From: Octopus sinensis
Lineage: Eukaryota
Direction: 5' to 3'
Assembly: GCF_006345805.1 (NCBI RefSeq)
Contig: NC_043003.1
Location: 116,622,001 to 116,686,000, forward strand
DNA: 64,000 bases
Shown here one piece after another: positions 12,095 to 24,665 of this stretch. The first letter of the stretch is position 1. Each line of letters starts with the position of its first letter. The notes beneath the pieces were generated by a model. That model searched no databases. It worked only from the letters and a program-made list of their open reading frames with translations, and was not told the origin of the DNA. Both the position numbers and the translations under genes were made by a program.

Positions 12095-13801
12095 ATAAAC
12101 ATCTTTTAAAATTGAATTTTCAAACCTTCTTTCATATATATATAGAGAGAGAAGGGGGAGAGGGGGAGAGGTTATGAGACGTAATAGTGTCAATAAGACC
12201 CAAAGGTGTCAGGTAATGCTGAGTAAGTACTATGGTTAGACCATAGTTAAGCTCCAGGTTCGGTGATTATGTGAATATGGAGTCCAACGTAGGTCATATA
12301 TCAGCATGTGTATATATAATTTTTTTTCAGAATGAGAAAAAAAAACAAGGCTGTGAAGATTTTAGTTCATTTATAAATGTTCTGAAATCTTCACAACCTT
12401 ATATATATATACATATATATATATTACACTGTACCTAAATTAGAATGCGTATTTTCTTTTCTTTTGGTTTAGTTATTAAAAAGGCCATCCAGCAACAAAT
12501 TCTTCTTATTCTTCTACAGTCTGTTTAGCTTGGTTGACACACTTAACTGAACAGTAATCACTGCTTCTAAAACCTTTGTATTTGTGTTTAAACAAGTATT
12601 TCTGCTTTTACAGTACATTTATCATATTTTCCAGTGTTTTCTAGTTTTAATAGCAGGATACGAACTTCTAACCTGTCTGCCAGTGGCTACAAAAGTTTAC
12701 CAAATTCAGCGAGTTCTACAAAGCATTGTCTGTTATTTAACAAACACCGTATTTTAGTCATAAAATTGCATTATGCTAAGGTAGTTCACTACCTACAGGG
12801 GAAGTGGAGACCACTAGTCGATAATACTGCAATTAAAATTTAATTCAATAATTATATGATTATTAGTGCCTGAATAATTTCAAACGGTTAATTAAATGGC
12901 AGCAATAATAACAGCATCAGTTCTAAAAATAACTCAAATTATCTCATTCTCTTTATAAGAAGAATATGAGATGTTCTGTTATTTTGTTGTCTGTTGTCTT
13001 TTACCAAATTGGTGCTACTGTTTCCACTCTGTTTTTCCGTTACCGTTTCTTATTTCCTGTTTTGCTTCTATGACAGCAAATCATGTACATTAACTCATTC
13101 ATGTATTTTTTTTCTAATTTGTTGTTCTTTATTATACTTTATAGTGCAGCGTGCATGTTTCCTGTTGCGTTCGGTTTCGTCTTCAAAGTAAATCCGTGTC
13201 TAATACCACATTCATTTTTGTTTATTACACGGGAAGTTATTGTAAGAGTAATGCTGAGAAGACAACGATATATAAGTAAATGTACAAGAAAAGCATTCAA
13301 AAATTGAGAAGGATGTTCAAGACATCGATTTTTTTACTATTAGTAGGTTTCGCTTTATTTGTGTATATTTTTCTTAATGAGATACGCGTACGAGTTTCCT
13401 TTCCTTTTCCTATACATTTTCTAGATTGAAAAACAAAATAGTCCATCTTTCAAAGTCTCTTTTATCTTATCTGTTCACATCATGTCACCGCCAACAATTT
13501 CTTTAATTTATTTACACTGATTTCTTTGTTGTTTATCGTTCAGCTACCGTCGGCAGAGTGCAGGAACATTTTTCTGCTATTTCCCGCCAAGCCGCTACAT
13601 TCTGAGTTCCGATCCAACTATCGTTGATTTTTCCATTTGTTTACGCGCGTCGACAGAATAAACACCAGTCAAATTCTGAGGGTGATGCAATCAACTATAC
13701 CCCTCCCCTCAAAATTGTTGGCTTTTCTGCCTTAATTAGTGTTCCTTACTAATTGTTTGTTTAGTAACAATTCTTTTGTGGACTTGGTAGATTGTGCTTG
13801 G

Positions 13802-14189
13802 GTGGAGGCGCAATGGCCCAGTGATTAGGGCAGCGGACTCGTGGTCATAGGATCGCGGTTTCGATTCCCAGACCGGGCGTTGTGAGTGTTTATTGAGCGA
13901 AAACACCTAAAGCTCCATAAGGCTTCGGTAGGGGATGGTGGTGATCCCTGCTGTACTCATTCACCACAACTCCCTCTCTCTCTCTCTTACTTCCTGTTTC
14001 TGTTGTACCTGTATTTCAAGGAGCCGCCCTTGTCACTCTCTGTGTCACGCTGAATATCCCCGAGAACTACGTTAAGGGTACACGTGTCTGTGGAGTGCTC
14101 AGCCACTTACACGTTAATTTCACGAGCAGGCTGTTCCGTTGATTCAGATCAACCGGAACCCTCGTCGTCGTAACCGACGGAGTGCTTCC
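13802..14189 (+). mobile_element. SINE family A tail type 1 (full length)
   Basis: A/B boxes; flanking repeat AGATTGTGC at 13789-13797 and 14195-14203. Confidence 0.9.
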
Positions 14190-14242
14190 ATCCCAGATTG
14201 TGCATAATTTTGCCTACGTAAGTTATTGATCTTATTAACGCC

Positions 14243-14440
14243 GGACGGCGAACTCGCAGAATCATGGAAGTTTTCAATAAATGTTAAGCGGCACTTCTCT
14301 CAAGATTTTACTCTCTGAGACCAAATCCCGCCGGCCAAGGTAAACTTTGTCTTCCATTATTCGAAGTAGACAAAATAAAATACCAATCATATATTGGAGT
14401 CGATGTAATCGATTACAACCCATTCCTTAAAATGATTACC
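14243..14440 (+). mobile_element. SINE family C (old, decayed)
   Basis: GGACGGCGAACTCGCAGAATC.. head and GTCGAT/ATCGATTAC body motifs. Confidence 0.55.
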
Positions 14441-14942
14441 TTGTGTCAAAATTTGAAGCATTTAAATTGTTGATGTTGTTGTTGTCATTGCTGTTATTAC
14501 CTTTGTAGTTGTTTTCCATGAACAGAAGAACCGAAGGCAGACTTATGAAAGTGTTGGGATACTGTAACAGTTTGCGTCAATTATACTTTCTTTTTTATTT
14601 TTGTATTTAAATTTCGAAACACTTTTAGTGTCCGCTATATTTACGTGAGAGTGACAAATAGTCTCTTATATTTTTTTAATATTTGGACTTATTTTATTTC
14701 TGTTGTGAAATATAAAAAAAAATGACACATACATACATGTTTGCGTGCATACATGTATGCACACATACACACATACATACATACATACATACATACATAC
14801 ATACACACATACATACATACATACATACATACATACATACATACATACATACATACATACATACATACATACATGCATACATACATATATGTATGCGTAC
14901 ATACAGGCATGTACACATATATACATACTTACATGCATACAT

Positions 14943-15249
14943 GTGGAGTCGCAATAGCCCAGTGGTTAGGGCAGCGGACTCGCAGTCGTAGGATCGCGGT
15001 TTCGATTCCCAGACCGGGCGTTGTGAGTGTTTATTGAGCAAGAACACCTAAAGCTCCACAAGGCTCCGGCAGGTGATGGTGGCGATCCCTGCTGTACTCT
15101 TTTGCCACAACTTTCTCTCACTCTTCCTTCCGTTGGCCTGCTCGCTTAGCCAGCGGGGTGGCGTCATTTGAAGGCCAAAACAATGCGAAGCGCATTGTGA
15201 CCAGCGATGTGTAGCAACATCTGATAGCCTGGTAGGTCACGGTGATCAC
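14943..15249 (+). mobile_element. SINE family A, tail type 2
   Basis: Same head/core as type 1 up to CTTTCTCTCACTCT, then GTTGGCCTGCTCGCTTAGCCAGCGGGG..CACGGTGATCAC. Confidence 0.9.
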
Positions 15250-15572
15250 ATACATACATAAACACATACATATAACACTTGAGCGATATTTATTACTTTT
15301 TTGTTTGTTTTAGTAATTTCCCCCCAAACTTCTCATAATCCACATAGTCCAAGTAAATATCCTAAAAGTGACACTATTTAGCTGATATAGCATAAGAAAC
15401 AACGGATAATAAACCTTTCTGCGCAAAATTATCTTCCCTGATTAATAATTTTCTGAATAAAGTGGTGGCTATTTCGCCCCAAGAACCACAGTTTCTAGAT
15501 GGCTACGTGACACAACCGTTCTGTGTCCTTAAGTTCAAACAAGGGAGATAAGCACCTCTACCCAACAAAGCC

Positions 15573-15624
15573 AGCATCCAGAGACTAGTTTCATGGTTGT
15601 TGCTCTTCATCAGTCTGGAGTAGC
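15573..15624 (-). ncRNA. Minimal type I hammerhead-like motif (stem II eroded)
   Basis: Minus strand: TCCAGA-CTGATGA-AGAGCAACAACCAT-GAAA-CTAG-TC-TCTGGA; 6-bp stem I, palindromic ACTAGT, GUC site. Confidence 0.55.
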
Positions 15625-16281
15625 TTGACCTTGCTAGGTGTCGGTGTTAACCCGATGTTGAAAACTTGTTCTAAATGATGGAGTTTTTACACCACATTTA
15701 TTCACAATGTATTGGTCTCCTGGGCGGGACTATTGCATGCAGAGACACGCGCCCGCAGTGCCGCGCGCAATGGAACTGAACTCGAAATTGCGATTTTCTA
15801 AAACAATCTTCTTATGGACACACTCATGTCTGCACCATATTATGGAAACTTTTGGCAAATACCTCATTCCATCGGCTATAATTTTTCAGAAATTTCAATG
15901 TTGCAAACAGTTCTTTGATGCCAGGCATCCTGTCATTTATGCTGTGAAATCTCTTTAAACTTTCGGACTTCGAAATACATTTTTATTTTCTATTTTGGTC
16001 AAAAAATGTTTAACGAAAATCGTGATAGCAGAGACCCTGAGAAAAGAATTATCAAACAGACAGGAGCTTTTTTATACGTATGGACCTCTACAACAGCGAT
16101 AGAAGCATAATTGATAACCTCTGCAGTATCATAATTGGAACTTTCTCAGCGCAGGACACATATAGATTCACAATGCATAGTTTGAAATAATTTAGAGATA
16201 CTAACCTGAACAATCCTCTACATATGGATATGCTTTTATATTACACACACAAATGCACACATGCACAATCATATATATTTG

Positions 16282-16314
<33 letters not shown>

Positions 16315-16436
16315 ATATATATATAAAATATTTCACTTTATCTCTCACAATATACTCAAATATATTTTGTTTGATACATGTCTTACTTTTGCAAATATTC
16401 TGTAATTTCCAATCTTCAACTTATTTTAGTATATAT

Positions 16437-16515
<79 letters not shown>

Positions 16516-16535
16516 TACATACAGGTACTTATATG

Positions 16536-16562
<27 letters not shown>

Positions 16563-16573
<11 letters not shown>

Positions 16574-16694
16574 GGTACTTATATGTATATATGTATGTAT
16601 CCACACATACACACACAGACATATATATATATATATGTCTGTGTGTGTATGTGTGGATACATACATATATACATATAAGTACCTATATGTATAT
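16563..16694. repeat. Perfect 132-bp palindrome centred on (AT)8
   Basis: 58-bp arms 16563-16620 and 16637-16694 are exact reverse complements. Confidence 0.9.
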
Positions 16695-17799
16695 ATGGAC
16701 ACAAAGAAAGAAAGAGAGGAAAGGAATACGAAAAACGGAAGCATTGTTCACTTAATGATACGTATGTATGTGTGTACGTCAATCCGTCTATTTGCCTGTT
16801 TGCGTATGTATAACAACCTGTTTCTTCCTAAGCAGCGGCTATATGATATCAAGCTAAATCTCACCACCTATAGACAATATAAGTGACTGCTCTCGCTAAG
16901 TAATAAAAACACTGCATCAGTGAAAAACTGCACTTGCCTTGTCTGAGAAGCTGCATTTAGGAATGGCGGTGATTTACCATAAATTCTGGCTAATGTTATC
17001 ACTGCGAACATTAAAAGCTTATTGATGTTCTGCCCTACAGGGGGGCGCACGCTGTAAAGTATGCTAGGTCACTGGAAAGAAATGCAATGAATGATGGATA
17101 GTGTAATAGTTAAAGGAGACGAGAACTTAATGAAACAAGAACAAAGAAAGACTAAAAGAATTTAATGATGGAAAGATAGAATGATTGCAATATGTAGGAA
17201 AAGAAATTGAAATACAACATGAGGCAAAAACAAATTGAAAAAGATTAAGAAAGGCAGAATGTGAGAGTTTAAATTTAGAGAAAGAACGAACTATATATAA
17301 AGGGAGAGAGAGATTGAAGAAATGAGAACGGCTGGAGTGAACTGAAGAACAGTAAACATACTAAAATAAGTTGAAGATTGGAAATTACAGAATATTTGCA
17401 AAAGTAAGACATGTATCAAACAAAATATATTTGAGTATATTGTGAGAGATAAAGTGAAATAGATTGGTTTATTTATTGATGTAGAGAGACAAAGAAAGAG
17501 AGGAAAAAAAAAAGGCAGGAGAGGAAGTTAGAAAGAAGTTTATTTCGCGAGAATGAGAAATAGAAATAAATAAGTATAAAGAGGTCGAATGTGATAGAAA
17601 ATGTGCAATAGTATTTTATCAGGTAATAAATAGCTGAATACGATGCGGGATATATGGCGTTCGCACACACACTTGCTCAAGCTTACACACGTGCATAAGT
17701 GTATATATATATATATATATATATACTTATGTGTGTGTATGGAATTTGTATATATATATGTATAAACGGCGGTGCATCAGCATGGCCGCAGCTCTGAGC

Positions 17800-18130
17800 T
17801 GAAACTGTCCGTTATGGGTAGGACTTTGGGTGTCTAATTGTGTTGAATCAATATGTGCAGCTTGTGTCACACCGGGTAAATTCATAAAGACGGGGATGTC
17901 CCTCTGAACAACATTTCTGATTGAACCCAGTATATCTAGAGGGATATTCCCTTCTTCATGTATGAACCTGATTTGATAAAAACTGCAAAAATTGAGGCAA
18001 AACAATTAGATGCACAAATCCTATTCAAAGCAGACAGTTGTAGGATGGGTCGAAACGGTCGTCGTTCTCAATAAAGACAAGAACCAAATCAATCCGTTTC
18101 CTTCATCGGTTATTATCTCAACTAACACTG
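17800..18130 (+). mobile_element. Possible old Penelope-like 3' remnant
   Basis: Frameshifted LEG..YEPDL resembling a GIY-YIG C-terminus, followed by GAC..GGTC-GAAAC-G-GTC-GTC (hammerhead right half, left core lost) and AATAAA. Confidence 0.35.
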
Positions 18131-18628
18131 CGGAATACCTAACGTAGAACAGGAGGAAATATATCCCAACTATAAACGACACCTGGTAAACCAAACTGTG
18201 AATGAGTTTTATCCAATACAGGTCCTTAAAATGAGGCATCTTGTTAGGTCTGAGTAGCAAGCAAACTCAACAATATTAAGCGAGTAGCGGACTTGGTGCA
18301 TAAGTGCTGGTCACATGATATTCTTGCAGTTTCAATGTAAATATTTTAACTCCATAATCTGTTTTAGACCGAGAGCCAGTCCTGATTTGATGAGACTTGA
18401 AGCTCCAAAATATTGGCAAGGCACAATATGTGTACAAATGGTCCTAATACCATGAAACGTGATTCTTAAGTATGCTTGGGTATGGATTAATTAATTATGA
18501 GATAATCAACTTGCGTAAATAATAAATTTAATTAGACTTTCAGCTCCATTAATGAATCACATTGAATATTACTCCTTAGACACAAGTGATACTTAAATGA
18601 AAACTTAAGAAAATTTAAGAAAAAAAAT

Positions 18629-18786
18629 TCTTTCGCCACAACTTTCTGTCACTCTTTCTTCTGTTGGCCTGCTCGCTTAGCCAGCGGGGTGGCGTCATTA
18701 GAAGGCTAAAACAATGCGAAGCGCATTGTGACCAGCGATGTGTAGCAACATCTGATAGCCTTGGCGGTCACGGTGATCACGGTGAT
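18629..18786 (+). mobile_element. SINE family A tail type 2, 5'-truncated
   Basis: Matches ~15100-15249; ends in tandem CACGGTGAT. Confidence 0.85.
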
Positions 18787-19130
18787 ATATATATATATAT
18801 ATTTGTAGTTATACATATACACATAGCCATATGTATGTATGTACGTATAGATTGTTTGAAGTTTTGTACAGATTTTATATAGTCAGTAAAAAGAAATTAG
18901 TCAGAATTTGCATAAAAACCATTTCTTGAGCGCTATCATCTCCTTAGGGATCCTTTACGAATCCCTAAAAGCGGTGAAAACGCTAATTAAGTAGTTTTTA
19001 TTAAAATGCTAACCACCTTCTTTTCTTTATTTACATACATACATACATATATATATGTATACATGCATTTTCAGGAGGTTAGCTTACATGTTTCACGAAT
19101 CATATTTCACTAACACATGTTTGATTGCAG

Positions 19131-19181
19131 ATGGCGCCCCGTTGCCTGATCTAGCAAGGAAGACATTGACAGGAAGCAAAC
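19131..19181 (+). other. Candidate short exon
   Basis: Branch-like CACTAAC (19108-19114) and TGCAG| acceptor; phase-1 frame (D)GAPLPDLARKTLTGSK; donor GTATTA is weak. Confidence 0.2.
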
Positions 19182-20020
19182 GTATTAAGCACGTGACAAC
19201 AAAACATCCTTGGAATTTTTTTTTTAATTCTTCAAGTGACATTTCCATATATTCTTATAGAATTAATAAATTTACAAAGGAAAATACTTGAGATTTCTTT
19301 TTTACTAAAAACATGAATTTAAATTTCAGTGACATTGTAAATAAATTTAGAAATAATAAATTAAATTTTTTTACAGAATGTAATAGATTAAAACTATATT
19401 AAAATATATTCCATAATTTGCATATCTCTACTTGAATTTAATATGTAAAGTGTTTTTTCTACAAATGTAAAAATTAATATATATACAATGAATAATATTA
19501 AGATACGATTCTAACTTCCAGACATCGAGTATAATAGGAAGAGAATTTTGAAATACAACCATTTTTGTAGTTATATTTTTCAATTATTTATAATCCACAC
19601 ATTAACTTGTGTCGTTGTATTTGTCATCGGTTTTCTAAGGCAGTAATACACCTACAGTATTTTATCAAAGATATGAAGTTATACACACCAGGAAACGATA
19701 AGCACTTGATCAGTTTCTTGTCATTCCACCATACTTCTACAGAAAACATTGCGGTGAGCAAACATCAACCTAACTCTATAGTTTAATTTCCGATAGCTTG
19801 ATATAACTCAAAACGCATGTCCGCGCACGCACACACACACCACACACACACACACACATGTATTCACACATGCAGAAACACAATGGCACATCTAGATTCA
19901 TCCAAATGCAAACAAGGTGTCCAGTAAGATATACAGAAGCTCTCTGTATCGCTTTCCCCACACCTATACACATTCATTACTTACAAATATATGCCACATA
20001 CACATGCACACATACATATA

Positions 20021-20064
<44 letters not shown>

Positions 20065-20803
20065 ATATATATATTGTATGCGTGTGGGTTTATAATGGAG
20101 TGTTTCTCTTAACATTTTTCCTGCTGCTGATTTTTTTCCATATATATGAATGATTTACTCTGTTTAGGGTTAGAAGACAAGATGTTTGAATCCAATTAAT
20201 CTTTAGAATTTTACAGAAAGCAATTTTTCTCTCAAACGCATTAGCTAAAGGCTCGAATCATGTTTGGTGTTTATATCCCCAACCAGTCGTGGGGGAAATA
20301 AGCTTTATATCCGGTCACTTGGACTTATTTTATTAGTGAAAGCTAATAAAATTTGGGGTCAAACTACGTGTGTAACCCACAACATGATCCTTGTTACAGT
20401 GTGGTGCCTTATATGCCACAGTGTCAGCGAAGTACAAGGTCCCAGTAGGGCATCCCATGCTTGAAAGCTACAGGTCAGTTTAATAAGGACCACTACTCTG
20501 AAGTAATAATGTTTTTGTGTAAGCCCAACAGCCCTATCTACAAGGAAAGCTTCGTGACAGATGAATCGATAGCAATTCAAAACCAACAGTCTGGGACAGA
20601 AACAGACAGAGTATAGATGGCCGAGGCTCATTAAGGAGCGAAGTGCTTTGGGAAGTCAAGTACAAGTCAAGTACATTAAAAGAAGCAAAATGAGGCCACA
20701 TTTCATATTTTCTGAAGAAGATTTGATACCAATATTTGAGCATACAGGCGAAACGCACAGTTTCGTTAAGAGCCATTATCACGTACAAAGATCAAAGATC
20801 AAA

Positions 20804-21216
20804 GGCGGCGAGCTGGCAGAAACGTTAGCACGCCGGGTCAAATGCTTTGTGGTATTTCGTCTGCCGATACGATCTGAGTTCAAATTTAGCCGAGGTCGAC
20901 TTTGCCTTTCATCCTTTCGGGTCGATAAATAAAGTACCATTTTCACACTGGGGTCGATATAGTGGACTTAATCCGTTTGTCTGTCCTTGTTTGTGCCCTC
21001 TATGTTTAGCCCCTTGTGGATAGTAAAGAAATAGGTATTTCGTCTGCCGATACGATCTGAGTTCAAATTCTGCCGAGGTTGACGTTACCTTTCATCCTTT
21101 CGGAGTCGATAAATAAAGTACCAGTTTCGCACTGGGGTCGATATAATTGACTTAATCCGTTTGTCTGTCCTTGTTTTCCCCTCTGTGTTTAGCCCCTTGT
21201 GGGCAATAAAGAAATA
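20804..21216 (+). mobile_element. SINE family C, partial-dimer form
   Basis: Head GGCGGCGAGCTGGCAGAAACG; body repeated after GTAAAGAAATA; TSD TATCACG(T/A)ACAAAGATCA at 20777-20794 and 21217-21234. Confidence 0.9.
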
Positions 21217-21460
21217 TATCACGAACAAAGATCAGGAATTTAAAGCCCATATGTGTGAGTGATAGTGTATATATGCTATAATTCTCTGTACACGTGCACA
21301 AGTGTTTAAACTTACATAAGTGTAAATATGTGTAGAAGTAAAAAAGCGATGGATACATGGACACTCACAGAAGATACTTATAAAATTATGATTCGGACGT
21401 TTGCAGGCAAACAGAAAATACATGTAGAGAGTCAAAACTATTGGAAAGGTTGCAAGACGC

Positions 21461-21564
21461 AACGAAAATTTTAGGACAATAAAAAAAAAAACGTGGAAAT
21501 TTTACCGGTAAGTGTGTTACATAATAAGGCACAAAAAGAAAATGACTCTCCCCAGACACAACAG
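21461..21564 (+). repeat. Unclassified interspersed repeat family F, copy 1
   Basis: GGAAATTTTACCGGT..GGCACAAAAAGAAAATGACTCTCCCCAGA shared with 23241 and 40571 copies. Confidence 0.8.
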
Positions 21565-21609
21565 TATATATATGTGTGTGTGTATATATGTATATATATA
21601 TATATATAT

Positions 21610-22075
21610 GTTATAAGGGTGAAAAGGAACACACGAGTTGATATATATGAAAAAACAAGTCAAAAATAGAAAATGCTAAAATAATTTTATAGTGAACATT
21701 TCAGTACCGGTTTCGGTCATTTTGAGACCTTTTCAACTGTAACGATTAAATAATTAAATTTAGAAAAATTAGAAGAAAAGTTTTTTTAAAGGAATATTTC
21801 TATAGTAGTGTTCAGATATAAGTGGCATTCTGCCTTTCTCTGACTCCCTTGTTTGCACTTGTGTATTGGAGGTCGTTGTGAGTTCTTGGTAGGGTAGTAG
21901 AGGAAGAAGGCTGATGAGGAAAGGGAGTGGGAGAATCTGGGAGTGCCCTGATGGTCGTATTTTGAATGGTGAGTGGCGGCTGGCAGTCGCAGTTCAATTC
22001 AGGAGAATATTTCTATTGAAAGGCTTGTTTATAGAATTTGCGTAGGTGTTATACTAAAAAACATTAGTGACAAAG
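21610..22075 (-). mobile_element. Penelope-like element 3' end (GIY-YIG C-terminus + pLTR)
   Basis: Minus frame HLRKFYKQAFQ*KYSPELN resembles the 'E..FI.K..P.LN' terminus; hammerhead downstream at 21702-21739. Confidence 0.6.
21702..21739 (-). ncRNA. Minimal type I hammerhead ribozyme, U3-A8 core variant, apparently intact
   Basis: CAG-TTGAAAA-GGTC tcaaaat GACC-GAAA-CCGG-TA-CTG: stem II with G10.1-C11.1, palindromic ACCGGT, GUA site, 3-bp stem I. Confidence 0.7.
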
Positions 22076-22084
22076 TTAAGGTGT

Positions 22085-22320
22085 AGAAGGTGGAGAAGTA
22101 GAAGAAGAAGAAGAAGAAGAAGAAGAAGAAGAAGAAGAAGAAGAAGAAGAAGATGACGATGTTGATGGTGATGATGATGAAGAAGAAGAAGAAGAAGAAG
22201 AAGAAGAAGGAGAAGGAGATGACGATGATGGTGATGGTGGTGATGATTATGACGACGATGATGATGATAATGATGATGATGAAGAAGAAGAGGAAGAAGA
22301 AGAAAAAACAGAGAAGGGAG
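22085..22320 (+). repeat. Compound (GAA)n/(GAT)n triplet repeat
   Basis: Direct reading. Confidence 0.9.
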
Positions 22321-22745
22321 AATATGAATGGGTTAAAGTAGTGAGTTGTGTATGATTTGAAGTTGGCATGTTATGGATTATAGCTGTGATTTTAGCTGTG
22401 ATTAGTAATGGATTCTTTGGAATGTAATATTTGTGTGTGAATATTTCTTTTATTCTAAAGTTGAGGTATATTAATTGTTTGTCGTAGACCCGTTAAGAAA
22501 TGGCCTGTATTTTGCAATAAAGAGAGTTTCTTTACTTATTCGTTGTCTCGAGGTTGTATCGTCCCTAAATTGGTAGAGGGGGAAAATCCTGAAGCTTGGT
22601 GTTTTTTTGTTGGCGCAAGTATCTATGTGTTGGCTAAAAGCTATTTTTCTGTTTTGGGGAGTTTTTATCTGGGATCTGTGCAGGGCCATTCGTTTACGCA
22701 AACTATTTTTTGTTTGGCCTATATATATATATATATATATATATG

Positions 22746-23149
22746 CTCTTTTACTCTTTTACTCTTTTACTTGTTTAAGTCATTTGACTGCGACCATGCT
22801 GGGACACCGCCTTTTAATCAAGCAACTCGACCCCGGGACTTATTCTTTTTGTAAGCCCAGTACTTATTCTATCGTTCTCTTTTGCCGAACCGCTAAGTAA
22901 CGGGGACATAAACACACCAGCATTGGTTGTTAAGCAATGCTAGGGTTAGACACACACGCATATATATATATATATATATATACATATATACGACGGGCTT
23001 CTTTCAGTTTCCGTCTACCAAATCCACTCACAAGGCTTTGGTCGGCCCGAGGCTATAGTAGAAGACACTTGCCCAAGATGCCACGCAGCGGGACTGAACC
23101 CGGAACCATGTGGTTGGTAGACAAGCTACTTACCACACAGCCACTCCTG
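22746..23149 (-). mobile_element. SINE family B (full length, internal (TA)n)
   Basis: Head CAGGAGTGGCTGTGTGGTAAG, B box GGTTCAGTCCC, tail (GAGTAAAA)n. Confidence 0.9.
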
Positions 23150-23240
23150 TATATGTATATAATTCTTATGGAAGAGTATCGTTGACAGTGACTTCGAAGT
23201 TTTGGCCATTTAAGTCATCGTCGAATTGCCATAATTGGCA

Positions 23241-23379
23241 ATAAGAAATAAGTGGAAATTTTACCGGTGAGTGTGTTACATTATAAGGCACAAAAAGAAA
23301 ATGACTCTCCCCAGACACAACAGAATATACTTCTACACACGAAATCATATAAAGAATCTTGCAAACCAAATCCAAAAAC
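23241..23379 (+). repeat. Unclassified repeat family F, copy 2
   Basis: Aligns with 21461 copy and the reverse complement of the 40571 copy. Confidence 0.8.
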
Positions 23380-23905
23380 GAAATTTAGAGAGATTAATTG
23401 ATATAAGCGACATTATTTCACCGTACATAGATTATCTCGTGTTATAAATTTACCTCTGTAAATATCTTTCTTAACTCAATTGCTCACGAATTTTTTGTTC
23501 ATTTTCACAGTAAATTATCTTCATGCTCAAAAATCAACGAGGTACGATGAAATGTTATTTAAATTTCAGATTTTAACAGTATGTAGATTGAAATCTTTTT
23601 CCAATTTGATTAATATTTATCATTAATTGGAGCTTAGTTGCGAACTTTCTACAAACTCAGTTATACGCGACTAATACAATGTTTATATGAGAAAAGAAAA
23701 ACATTTTGACTGATCAGGATAGCAAAAGGATTTATATTCGAAATATATTGTGTTTATTGAAGGGCTTGCGCGCGCACGTATGTGCATGTGTGTGTGTGTG
23801 AATAAATGTATATGTAAGAATTTACATGGACATAAAAAATAAATAAGAACTTAAACCTATACGATGTATATGTATAAGTATATAAAAATGTGTATTTGTG
23901 TGTGT

Positions 23906-23943
<38 letters not shown>

Positions 23944-24255
23944 AAGAGTGATAGGGAGAGAGAGAGGTGTTTTCTATGGTGTGTGTATAGATATATACGT
24001 ATTTAAGTTCCTACGCAAAAAGCCTTCTTCTGAAAATGTGTAAAAAAATAAAACATTTCCGAAATATTAACAGAAGAAATGCACCTGGATGCTAATCTGA
24101 ATTCTAAAAATCAATTATCAGATTTCCAGTATTTTCATATATTTAGATTTCTCAATTTCCTCACGAACGCAAACTATCGTTTTTCAATATTTGTTTCTTT
24201 TTGCCAAGTTTACATTCATACATATAAATATAAACATGTATTATATGCATATATA

Positions 24256-24296
<41 letters not shown>

Positions 24297-24632
24297 GGAG
24301 TAAGCACATATTTCTGCTGCTTTTAAATAAAGCATATATATGTATATATGTATGTATATACATGATGTGTATATGCATGCATATAATGCATATATGTAAA
24401 TATGTATGTATACAAATGTATATATATATAATTCATACACAACATATATATACATACATATATACATATACATACATACATGTATATATATATATATATA
24501 GAAAGAGAGAGAGAAAAAGAGATATACATTCATACAAATATGAATAAAGCTATGTATTCACACTTGTCTTCAAATATGCGTTTCTGTGCTTGTTACTTTT
24601 CATATACATATACATATGTAGGTATATACACG

Positions 24633-24665
<33 letters not shown>

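Noticed and set aside
12346-12410. 16-bp inverted repeat AAGGCTGTGAAGATTT / AAATCTTCACAACCTT
   Set aside because: Single short hairpin, no second copy or TSD; cannot be called a MITE.
17031-17048. CTCF-like motif CCCTACAGGGGGGCGC
   Set aside because: Mismatches at key core positions; single weak match expected by chance.
20449-20618. Open frame GIPCLKATGQFNKDHY..QSGTETDRV
   Set aside because: No recognisable homology and poor splice signals.
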